Assembly: GCF_001194135.2 (NCBI RefSeq)
Contig: NC_068999.1
Location: 52,610,976-52,673,177 of the forward strand
Length of the DNA stretch: 62,202 bases
Source of the DNA: Octopus bimaculoides
Taxonomy: Eukaryota
Direction of reading: 5' to 3'
The notes below the pieces were generated by a model. It was not told the DNA's origin and made no database searches. It saw only the letters and a program-made list of their open reading frames with translations. The translations under genes and the position numbers were made by a program. Below are positions 1 to 10,066 of this stretch, piece after piece (within the stretch, counting starts at the first letter, position 1; every line of letters starts with the position of its first letter).

Positions 1-513
1 TGGTGAACATCAATGATTGCTGCCAAAATTGTGGTAAAGCTGGCTCTCAGCTCCGAAATTGCAAGCACTGTAAAGTTGTCTTTTATTGTTCTGACATCTG
101 TGAAATGGAAGACAGTGTTGAACATAGCAGAGTGTGCTCTGCAAAGAATGAAGCTTCTGCTAATGCCAAATCCGATGAACAAGATATTAGATTCAAGAAG
201 GACGAACAAATTGGAGGTGCTAAGAAAGGTAATGACGGTGATGGTAATAACAATAACGCTTATAAAGACTTACCTTCTTCCTTTGGTGAACGTTATATTG
301 AGGTCTATAATGATATGGGTCAGCACTCTAATGCCTATGGCTTTGTTGCTGCTCCACGTTCACGGTATAACAATCCAATTGAATGTCTCTGTTGTGGTGG
401 TTACAAATTCCTCCCAGTCTTTTGCCCGTGCAAGTTTATTAGTTATTGTTCTGAACTATGTCTGTTGAGAGACTACCCGAAACATCGCCTGGAATGCAGT
501 CTATATGGTAAAC
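1..513 (+). CDS. Multi-MYND gene, exon A (open at window edge); encodes two MYND zinc fingers
   Basis: Open frame from nt 3 encodes CQNC..CKHC..YCSDIC..EHSRVC and CLCC..CPC..YCSELC..KHRLEC. It ends at donor AAAC|GTAAGT (GT at 514), phase 1, matching the next exon. Confidence 0.85.
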
Positions 514-634
514 GTAAGTGCATACATCTTTATATCATATTAAAATGACATATTGTTAAATTTATTTAATGTTTATAAATGTAATTACATGAATATGGAG
601 TCATTCCAGCTTGTATCATGGTTTATTTTATGTC

Positions 635-1183
635 ATAGCCCAACTAATTAGGGAGAGGGTCAGCTTAGATGAGATGCAGTTTGGGTTCATGCCAGGGAAA
701 AGTACCACAGATGCTATATTTCTGGTAAGAAAGCTGCAGGAGAAATACCTAGCAAAAGATAAACCTCTGTACCTGGCTTTCGTTGACATGAAGAAGCCTT
801 TGACAGGGGCCCCCGATCCCTTATCTGGTGGTCAATGAAGAAACTAGGGATAGATGAATGGTTAGTGAGAGCTGTGTAGGCCATGTATAGGGATGCTGTC
901 AGTAAGGTGAGAGTTGGCAATGAGTACAGTGAAGAATTCCAAGTAGAGGTAGGGGTCCACCAAGGTTCACTCCTCAGCCCCCTTCTATTTATCATAGTCC
1001 TCCAGGCAATAACAGAGGAATTCAAGACAGAATGCCCCTGGGAGCTTCTCTATGCTGATGACCTTGCTCTAATTGCTGAGTCACTATCAGAACTAGAAGA
1101 GAAGTTTCAGGTGTGGAAACAAGGATTAGAATTGAAGGGCCTTAGAGTCAACCAAGCTAAAACCAAAGTCCTAATAAGCAGGA
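635..1183 (+). mobile_element. RTE-clade LINE reverse-transcriptase fragment (degenerate)
   Basis: QFGFMPGKSTTDAIF..LAFVD, GVHQGSLLSPLLF and YADD (1051-1062). Frameshift near 800 and in-frame TAG at 877-879. Confidence 0.92.
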
Positions 1184-1432
1184 CTTTGGTGTTATGAGGT
1201 GTTATGAGCGTGAGCATTAACCAGAGCATAATTTGCATCTTCTGGAAAGAGCATTGTATGGTTGTGCATTTCTTATTATGGAGTAAGTAAGATCATATTT
1301 GATTAAATATACACAAAATGAAACTTCTTTTTACATTAAGCAGCATTAAACTTTTAAATAAAACACTATCACACATGTAGTTGAAGTGTTTGATATTGTA
1401 GATTTCTTTTCTTTTTCTAACTCTTGAAACAG

Positions 1433-1606
1433 GTAAATGTGCTCGATGTTCAAGAGCAGATGTGGAATTAACAACATGTTCAGGCTGCAATATTGTAGAT
1501 TACTGTTCCAAATTTTGTGAAAATGCTGCCTGGGAACATCACAAGCTTTCATGCAAGACTTCAAAGACTAAAGATGCTGAAAATTCCAGTAAAATACCAG
1601 TCAAAG
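1433..1606 (+). CDS. Multi-MYND gene cassette exon (174 nt, phase 1-1), one MYND finger
   Basis: Pyrimidine tract plus AG at 1431-1432. Encodes KCARCSRADVELTTCSGCNIVDYCSKFCENAAWEHHKLSC..PVK. Donor G|GTGAGT at 1607. Confidence 0.92.
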
Positions 1607-1994
1607 GTGAGTGCCAGAAGCCTGTTAATTTTATTTATAACCCTTTAAGAAGTCAGAGATCATGCATTCTCTTCTCTCTACCTTATTTTCATCTTTCTTT
1701 CTCCACTTCCTTTCTTATACTTCTCCATCTAATTTCTTCTGCTATACAAGCCCTATAATGAGTTTTCCATTATAAACTTTGATACTAACTTAAACTTTTC
1801 ACTCTCTGATCGAATTTGGCTCGGTTGAGTCATCTGGCACTATGTTCTTTTCTTGAGAAGTTCTAATTGTTAAGTCTTACCTGTATTCACCTGATGGAAC
1901 ATTTTTTTTTTCTTGAATGAAAAAACACCTCAGTTCAACAATGAAAATCATGTCTCAAACAACTGTTGTGAACCACAATCGATTTGTTGATGCA

Positions 1995-2229
1995 TATATA
2001 TATATGTATGTATATATATATATGTATATATATATGTGTGTGTGAAAATATATGTAAATATGTATGTGTGTAAATATATATATATGTATGTAGGTGTATA
2101 TATATGTAATGTATGCATATATATATATATGTATATAAATATATTTATGTATATATATGTATGTATATAAATATATGTATATAAATATATGTATGTATAT
2201 ATATGTATGCATATAAATATATGTATATG

Positions 2230-2269
<40 letters not shown>

Positions 2270-2325
2270 NNNNNNNNNNTGTATATATATATATATATAT
2301 ATGTGTATATATATATATATATATG
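1995..2325. repeat. (TA)n/(TATG)n compound microsatellite with 11-N gap
   Basis: Directly visible. Confidence 0.95.
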
Positions 2326-2667
2326 TATGACTTATCCTGGATATGTCATTATTTCTAGGTGCAGTGTTTCTACTGGTGGTAGCATACATTGTGGGCCTGG
2401 TCACTCTTTCTGTATCTAAGGTTTGTTCATTATCTGTGACGGTGGTACCTGGGTCTTCGGTGACACTCTCTGTGATGTTGATCCTAAACTGGTTATTATC
2501 TCTGGGCATGTCAATTGTATTGGTGTGAGAACTGATTAATCTGCTCATATGTTAGGTGCACAACTAAAGGTGACTTTTAGGTTGTGTCTATTAAATAAAT
2601 GCCTGTATCTATGTGTGTGTGTCTGTGTGAAATGTTTGTCTATCAATCTAAGGAAAATCTTTATCAT

Positions 2668-3490
2668 TCAAGTTGAGTGAGAAGGATAGAGCAAACCAAC
2701 ATTTATGCGATGCTTCCTTTTCTGGTTGCTAGGGCCAGGTATGTAGGAGATGTGGTCCTTAAAACCACTCAATGGCAGTGCGTCATTGTAGTAGAGGGTA
2801 GCGGCGTAAAAGATATCTTGGCTCAAAGATAGATTTGAGGTCTTCTTGCTTACACCTATCACTAGGTTTTTCATTAGGTAGGTGGCAGGAGGCTGTGCTA
2901 ATATAAGACAGTCTCTTGTTTGGATTGTGATAGGGCCTCTATGTACCAGAGCTCAGATCTAAAGTAATATCTAAGAAATCTACTGTGGTGAGATTAGTTT
3001 CAATGGTGATCTTGAGATCCATTGAGCCTTAGGTGCTAATTAGGTCCTTTCTAAGTCTATCTAATGTGTGGCTGTTGGCTCCTCTAGAGATAGCTAGGGT
3101 GTCATCTCTGTAGAGGCTGAAGAGGACTGAAGGGAACCTCTTCCCTAAGATGTCCAGGATGTACAATCCAATAAGATCACAGACATCGGCACTGTCATAT
3201 GCTCCCATAGCTACATCAAAGGAGCCCTCGGGGTCAGATTGCTTGACCCAAGTTGAATATTTGCTGAACTATCATGATAAGAGACATTCAACAACCCTTT
3301 CAGCTTTACACTGGAAATTTAAAGATGAAGGAACCGATTTCGATATCAAATGGAAAAATCTTCTCTAAATCCAGACCCTATATTAATGGATCTAAAAAAA
3401 TGTTCAGTGTTCACATGAGAGCCTATACATGGTTTTATCTACTAGAAATAGCAGCCCGCAAAGCACAGCCTACAGTCTTCTAAAAGGAAG
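2668..3490. mobile_element. Penelope-like element relic, inverted: RT on minus strand (2668-~3270), GIY-YIG endonuclease C-terminal part on plus strand (~3271-3490)
   Basis: Minus strand reads WVKQ..FDVAMGAYDSADVCDLIGLYIL..LYRDD (3101-3112)..VDFLDITLDL..RPYHNPN, with stops. Plus strand reads STTLSALHWKFKD..DIKWK and, after a frameshift, SRPYINGSKK. Confidence 0.85.
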
Positions 3491-3699
3491 CATCACATTA
3501 AATAGCATAGTCCTAGATACAAAAACTACCGTAAATGGTAAAGACTGCAAATATTTGATCAGCCATCAACTCAATCAGAACCAAATTGTGCCCTTAAAAA
3601 GCAACACAATAACTCCAGCTCATTTACATTAACTCTTCTAAATAGAACACTCACATAATTTGTAAAAATGTTTTCTGCTTTTTATCCTTTTCCAAACAG

Positions 3700-3837
3700 G
3701 TCAGTGTGCCAGGTGTAAAAAGTCAGACGCAGTGTTGAAAAAATGTTCTGGCTGCAACATCGTAGAATATTGTTCAAGAGCTTGTCAAAAGGCTGACTGG
3801 ACAGAACACAAGACTTCATGTAAAAGATCTGTGAAAG
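3700..3837 (+). CDS. Multi-MYND gene cassette exon (138 nt, phase 1-1)
   Basis: CCAAACAG acceptor at 3698-3699. Encodes GQCARCKKSDAVLKKCSGCNIVEYCSRACQKADWTEHKTSCKRSVK. Donor G|GTAAAT at 3838. Confidence 0.92.
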
Positions 3838-5022
3838 GTAAATTATTTCTCTACTAAACTACTATATACCTTCAGTACTGTACACTAATTTATACCATAC
3901 CACATTATTTTCCGGCATATCAGTCGAATTATTCAGACCAAAATCTACTGCCAAGACAGGTAGGCTGATTTATGCACCAAGATAGACAAGTTACNNNNNN
4001 NNNNNNNNNNNNNNNNNNNNNNNNNNNNNNNNNNNNNNNNNNNNNNNNNNNNNNNNNNNNNNNNNNNNNNNNNNNNNNNNNNNNNNNNNNNNNNNNNNNN
4101 NNNNNNNNNNNNNNNNNNNNNNNNNNNNNNNNNNNNNNNNNNNNNNNNNNNNNNNNNNNNNNNNNNNNNNNNNNNNNNNNNNNNNNNNNNNNNNNNNNNN
4201 NNNNNNNNNNNNNNNNNNNNNNNNNNNNNNNNNNNNNNNNNNNNNNNNNNNNNNNNNNNNNNNNNNNNNNNNNNNNNNNNNNNNNNNNNNNNNNNNNNNN
4301 NNNNNNNNNNNNNNNNNNNNNNNNNNNNNNNNNNNNNNNNNNNNNNNNNNNNNNNNNNNNNNNNNNNNNNNNNNNNNNNNNNNNNNNNNNNNNNNNNNNN
4401 NNNNNNNNNNNNNNNNNNNNNNNNNNNNNNNNNNNNNNNNNNNNNNNNNNNNNNNNNNNNNNNNNNNNNNNNNNNNNNNNNNNNNNNNNNNNNNNNNNNN
4501 NNNNNNNNNNNNNNNNNNNNNNNNNNNNNNNNNNNNNNNNNNNNNNNNNNNNNNNNNNNNNNNNNNNNNNNNNNNNNNNNNNNNNNNNNNNNNNNNNNNN
4601 NNNNNNNNNNNNNNNNNNNNNNNNNNNNNNNNNNNNNNNNNNNNNNNNNNNNNNNNNNNNNNNNNNNNNNNNNNNNNNNNNNNNNNNNNNNNNNNNNNNN
4701 NNNNNNNNNNNNNNNNNNNNNNNNNNNNNNNNNNNNNNNNNNNNNNNNNNNNNNNNNNNNNNNNNNNNNNNNNNNNNNNNNNNNNNNNNNNNNNNNNNNN
4801 NNNNNNNNNNNNNNNNNNNNNNNNNNNNNNNNNNNNNNNNNNNNNNNNNNNNNNNNNNNNNNNNNNNNNNNNNNNNNNNNNNNNNNNNNNNNNNNNNNNN
4901 NNNNNNNNNNNNNNNNNNNNNNNNNNNNNNNNNNNNNNNNNNNNNNNNNNNNNNNNNNNNNNNNNNNNNNNNNNNNNNNNNNNNNNNNNNNNGTTTTCTG
5001 CTTTTTATCCTTTTCCAAACAG

Positions 5023-5196
5023 GTCAGTGTGCCAGGTGTAAAAAGTCAGATGTAGCATTGAAAAAATGTGCTGCTTGCAACAATGTGGAATATTGTTCCA
5101 AAGTTTGTCAAACAGCTGACTGGAAACATCACAAGACTTCATGCAAAACTGCTAAGACTGAAGATGGTGAAAGTTCCAGTAAAATATCAGTCAAAG
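5023..5196 (+). CDS. Multi-MYND gene cassette exon (174 nt, phase 1-1)
   Basis: Acceptor AG at 5021-5022. Encodes GQCARCKKSDVALKKCAACNNVEYCSKVCQTADWKHHKTSC..SVK. Donor G|GTAAGT at 5197. Confidence 0.93.
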
Positions 5197-5388
5197 GTAA
5201 GTGACAGAATTAAGAAATTTATTTTTCAACAATACCACTTTAGACTTCCACCACATAAATATATACTCCCATTACATAAAAAATATTCCTCTATTACTTA
5301 AGATTTACCACCACTACATAAATATATATACTTCTATTACATAGATATAAACCCCCACTACTTAAATATATATCTCCATACATAAATA

Positions 5389-5680
5389 CATGTGGAGGAA
5401 CATGGCCTAATGGTTAGAGCAGCAGTCAAGGGATTGCGGGTTCAAATCTCAGACCAGGCGATGTGCGTGTCTATGAGCAAAACACATAAGCTCCCTGCGG
5501 CTGCAGCAGAAGGTAATGGCAAACGTCTGCTGACTCTTTCACCACAATTTTCCCTCATTCTTGCATCTAGCAGCTCACCTGCAATAGACCAGCGTCTCGT
5601 CCAGGTGGGGAACCTATACATCAACGAAACCAGGAGACCAGCCTTTATGAGCCAGGCATGACTCAAGAAGGAACAAACAA
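5389..5680 (+). mobile_element. tRNA-derived SINE (GTGGAGG-head type, second tail variant) with target-site duplication
   Basis: A-box-like TGGCCTAATGG and B-box-like GGTTCAAATC. CATACATAAATA repeated at 5377-5388 and 5681-5692. Related copy at ~30512-30690. Confidence 0.75.
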
Positions 5681-6011
5681 CATACATAAATATACACCCC
5701 TACAGCATAAGTAGATACTACCACTACACAAATATATACTCATTCACTACCACATCATTACACATGTACATATAACAGGTTTCTTTCTGTTTCTCTCCAC
5801 CAAATCCACTCCTAAGGCTTTGGTCAGCTAACGACTATAGTAGAAGATGCTTGGACTGAACCCAAGACCATATGGTTTGGGAGCAAACTTTTTACCACAC
5901 AACACCAACTAAGAACAAACACCTTATATTAAAAATATTGACTCTTTTAAATGGAACTCAATCACACATGTAGAAGAAATGTTTAATATTTATTCTTCAT
6001 CTCCTAAACAG

Positions 6012-6148
6012 GTCAGTGTGGCAAATGTAAAAGATCAAATGTAAAGTTTATAAAATGTCCAGCCTGCAACAAAATAGAATATTGTTCCAAAGTTTGTCAA
6101 ATAGCTGACTGGACAGATCACAGGAAATCATGCCAGATTTCAGAGTCT
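6012..6148 (+). CDS. Multi-MYND gene cassette exon (3' end lost in gap)
   Basis: Acceptor AG at 6010-6011. Encodes GQCGKCKRSNVKFIKCPACNKIEYCSKVCQIADWTDHRKSCQISES, then N gap 6149-6247. Confidence 0.88.
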
Positions 6149-6767
6149 NNNNNNNNNNNNNNNNNNNNNNNNNNNNNNNNNNNNNNNNNNNNNNNNNNNN
6201 NNNNNNNNNNNNNNNNNNNNNNNNNNNNNNNNNNNNNNNNNNNNNNNNTTTTTTGCTGTAATCTTACTGAAGCTACAATAATGTTTGCTCTTTAAAAGAA
6301 TTTTTCTTTAACTTTAATATTGAGTATTTCATCTCTTACTTGAACTTTATTTCATGTTCTTTTTAATGTTCATTCTTAAACTTATTACTTTTACATTCTA
6401 TATTAAGTCATCTTAACATAATTTGAAGTTCACTCAAATCTCTCACCTGAGTACTCTGTTGTCTGCAAATTGATTTTAAATCTCAGTTAAACATTTTTTC
6501 AAGAATATTCTAAAACAGATTGGGAACAGTAAACAATAGGGGAATAGAATCTCCCTATCTTAAAACCATTTTGTAGTATAAATTTTTTAGAATCTTTTAT
6601 GTAGTCTCATGAAAAATGTTACATGGTGGTAAGTATGATTAAGGCATTAATAGCTGCAGTATCTTATCAACTATGACAAAATCCTTTCTCACATTAGCAA
6701 CATAAACTCTTAAAGTAAAAGTTTGTTGGTGCGTTTGATATTTTTGTTTTTCTTATCTCTCAAACAG

Positions 6768-6935
6768 GTGAATGTGCCAATTGTACCAGGTCAATGAAAA
6801 AATGTTCAGGCTGTCACAGTGTGGAATATTGTTCTAAAGAATGTGAAAGTGCTCATTGGAAAGATCACAAAACTTCATGCAAGGCTTCAAAAGCAGAAGC
6901 TGATGACCACTCCCCCAGTGAAAAATCAGTTAAAA
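6768..6935 (+). CDS. Multi-MYND gene cassette exon (168 nt, phase 1-1)
   Basis: Acceptor AG at 6766-6767. Encodes GECANCTRSMKKCSGCHSVEYCSKECESAHWKDHKTSC..KSVK. Donor A|GTGAGT at 6936. Confidence 0.92.
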
Positions 6936-6963
6936 GTGAGTTACAGAAATAAGAAATATATTA

Positions 6964-7933
6964 TGGGGTGGTATCAAAAAATTCCTGGTCTAGTTCTGTC
7001 ACACACCAACTTATGGCAGCACATGGTTGCATGTGCAGTGAGAGCTAACAACCTTCATGAGGCAGTGTGCCAAGTGACATTGCTGTATTGATTTCACAAG
7101 TTCTGAAATTTGTGTTTTTATGATCATATGTATGTTGTGGTCTGTGAATTTTGCCATGGACAAAAAGCTGGAACAAAGAACCAATATGAAATTTTGTGTT
7201 AAACTTAGGAAGTCTGTTACAGAGACATTGAGCATGTTTTAGCAAGCTTACAGTAATGAGGCAATGTGTCATACGTAATATTTCAAGTGGCACACGTCTT
7301 CAAAAGCAGAAGAATATCCCTGGAAGACGATGAACAAGCTGGAAGGTGATGAGCCATCTGGAAGACGATGAGTGATCTGGAAGGTGATGAGCCATCTGGA
7401 AGGCCTGCCATGAAGGTGTCCCCTGGAAATGTGGAGAAAATTCATTAGCTTGTGCATGAGTATCCTCAGAGGACCTTCAACAATGTTTTGAAGTGTTTGA
7501 GGGAGGACATCTGGCAAAAGTGACCAGATCTGTGGAGTGTGAAGAATTAGATTTTTCATGATGACAGTGTGCTCTGTCATCAAACTCTCTTCACTTGTGA
7601 GTTTCTCACCAAACACAACATGGTATCACTTCCACACTCACCCTATTTGCTAGATTTAGCACCCGTGGACTTCCATTTCTTCCCCAAGATGAAAATGTAA
7701 CTTAAAGGTCACCATTCTAACACTGTTGTTGAGATCAAGAGCGAATCGCAGAAGGTCCTTAACTTGCTTATGGAAAACGACTTTCAGGTCAAATTCCAAA
7801 AGTGGCAGGAATGCTGGGACCAGTATATTGCTGTGCAAGGAGTCTATTTTGAAGGAGATGATGTTAAAACTTGGGTGAATAAGTTATTTTTCATTAAACA
7901 TAACTAATCTGGGAACTTTTTGATATCACCTCG
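6964..7933 (+). mobile_element. Mariner transposon relic with TIRs and TA target duplication
   Basis: Left TA-TGGGGTGGTATCAAAAAATTCC matches right GGGAACTTTTTGATATCACCTCG-TA. Transposase remnants EQRTNMKFCVKL, FFHDD and HSPYLLDLAPVDF..FPKMK, with stops. Confidence 0.88.
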
Positions 7934-7989
7934 TATTTCTTTTTAATTGAGTGAGATCATGAGAAAATCCTCTATTTCCTCTGAAAAGT

Positions 7990-8180
7990 TCTTGCCTTTA
8001 AGGGTATCGCAAAAGGCCTCGTTGGTGATCCAACCTTCTGAGTTCTTTTACAGGACTTGGGAAAAACTGAAGGATCACTGCAATAAGTCTGTTAATCTGA
8101 GAGGGGAATGTGTTGAATGAAATTAACTGATCTTTCTGTATTTTCTTTTACCCGAAGCAATATACTTTTCAGCACCCTCT
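7990..8180 (+). mobile_element. 3' end fragment of a second mariner-like element
   Basis: WEKLKDHCNKSVNLRGECVE-stop resembles mariner transposase C-termini, followed by a TIR-like AATATACTTTTCAGCACCC. Confidence 0.5.
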
Positions 8181-8716
8181 CTTATCCTTTAGCTTTCACC
8201 TTTTACTTGCTTCAGCCATTGCACTGTGGCAGTGCTGTGGGCACTGCTTTGTTGTTAAACAGCTTGACCCCAGTACATTAGTCAGGTAGTTTTTTATTTT
8301 TTTAATTTTTGTTGGTCTGTTTTGCTGAACTGCCAAATTACAGGGACCTAAACAAACCAACATCAGTTGTCAAATGTCAGTCAAGGACAGACCCAAACAC
8401 ATAGAGACACACAGACAGAAGCATGTGTGTGTGTGTGTGTGCTACTGGCTTCTTTCAGTTTTCATCTACCAAATCCACTCACAAGGCATTGGTTGACCCA
8501 TGATAATTGTAGAAGACTATATCCCAATGTGCCATGCTATCGTAGTACAGTATCATTATACCTCTACTATACAAGCTAAAGTGGGAGCTTTTACATGGTT
8601 AGTCAACCTGGTAGAAAGAGCTGTCTAGTTTCCTCATCTCACCTTACTATTTTAAGAAAGAGAAAGACAACATATAGAAGTACTTGGAATTTTCTTGTTT
8701 TGCATCTCCCAAACAA

Positions 8717-8881
8717 GTCAATGTGCCAGGTAAAAAATGGCAGATGCAGTGTTGAAAAAATGTTCTGGCTGCAACATTGTAGAATATTATTCCAAAGTTT
8801 GTCAAACAGCTGCCTGGAAACATCATAAGATTTCATGCAAGACTTCAAAGACTGAAGATGGTGAAAGTACTGTTAAAAAGG
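8717..8881 (+). pseudogene. Dead MYND cassette pseudo-exon
   Basis: Paralogous acceptor AAACAG|GT is AAACAA|GT here. The second Cys codon is TAA, and YCSK reads YYSK. Donor G|GTGAGT at 8882 is retained. Confidence 0.88.
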
Positions 8882-9365
8882 GTGAGTGACACAAGCAAGA
8901 AATGTATTTCCTATCTGCACTATTGTAGACTCCTCTACACAAATATATACCTCCATTTCACCACTATTGCGTGTATGATCTCTCTTGGTGCTTCGATGAA
9001 TGAAAGTTCAGCAAGACACAGCTAAATTGAAATTCACATCTGCCCCAGGTCTGTGGAAAATGACTATCAGTCTATGGCTACCTGTGTACATGGTAAATGC
9101 TTCAGACTTCCAGTAGGTAACATCCTCTACCTGTCACTGTCATCACTTACCTTATTGTCACAGGACTTATGAAGAAAATGTGATGATGATGGTTTCAGTG
9201 TCTTTGTTTGCTGAACAACCTGCATGATGAATATTATTTCAGTGAGCAGAATTTCTTCAGCCTTTATGTTCTGAGTTCAAATGCCAGTGAAGTCGTCTTT
9301 GCCTTTCATCCTTTCGATGTTGATAAAATAAGTACATTATCATATATGTGGTAGAAGTGTTTGGT

Positions 9366-9600
9366 AGGTGAGCTGGCAGAAACATTAGCACGCCGGGCAA
9401 AATGCTTAGCGGTATTTCGTCTGCCGTTACGTTCTGAGTTCAAATTCCGCCCAGGTCGACTTTGCCTTTCATCCTTTCGGGGTCGATGAATTAAGTACCA
9501 GTTACGCACTGGGGTCGATGTAGTCGACTTAATCCCTTTGTCTGTCCTTGTTTGCCCCCTCTATGTTTAGCCCCTTGTGGGCAATAAAGAAATAAGAAGT
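9366..9600 (+). mobile_element. tRNA-derived SINE, GGTGAGCTGGCAG-head family (near-consensus, CpG-rich copy)
   Basis: Head GGTGAGCTGGCAGAAACATTAGCACGCCGGGC and B-box GAGTTCAAATTCC. Same family as the 38.9-46.9 kb array. Confidence 0.8.
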
Positions 9601-9635
9601 GTTTGGTATGTTCCATTTTATCTCTCCCCCAACAG

Positions 9636-9809
9636 GTCAATGTGCCAGGTGTAAAAAGTCAGATGTAGCATTGAAAAAATGTTTCCACTGCAACAATGTG
9701 GAATATTGTTCTGATGTTTGTCAAAAAGATGACTGGAAACATCAACAGACTTCATGCAAGACTTCAAAGACTGCAGATGGAGCATGTTCTAGTGAAATAT
9801 TAGTTAATG
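9636..9809 (+). CDS. Multi-MYND gene cassette exon (174 nt, phase 1-1)
   Basis: Acceptor AG at 9634-9635. Encodes GQCARCKKSDVALKKCFHCNNVEYCSDVCQKDDWKHQQTSC..LVN. Donor G|GTAAGT at 9810. Confidence 0.9.
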
Positions 9810-10066
9810 GTAAGTGATACAAGCAAGAAATATATTCCTCAATTACACCATTTTACTCCTTGCCTGCATAAATAGACGCTTCCACTACATCACATATGCC
9901 CATTCACTATCACATTATTATTGTAATCCTGTACAAGGTGGTGAGCTGACCGAATTGTTAACATGCTGGACATAATGCTTTGTGGCATTTTGTCTATCTT
10001 TACATTCTGTGTTCAAATTCTAATGGGATTGACTTTGCCTTTCATCCTTTTGGGGTTGATAAAATA

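Noticed and set aside
280-310. GERYIEVY resembles the RYIEVF strand of hnRNP F/H quasi-RRMs
   Set aside because: It is an isolated 6-8 residue match in a linker with no surrounding RRM pattern.
1955-2548. 197-aa minus-strand ORF with a Thr-rich start and YI repeats
   Set aside because: Most of it is translated (TA)n microsatellite. The Thr-rich 75 aa has no recognisable motif or splice context and probably belongs to the adjacent Penelope-like relic.
3945-5204. Long ORFs spanning N gaps (also 20090-20776, 28424-28795, 35911-36334, 54693-55583)
   Set aside because: Their length comes from untranslatable N runs. Only the MYND exon at 5023-5196 and the RTE C-terminus at 20090-20366 are real coding signal.
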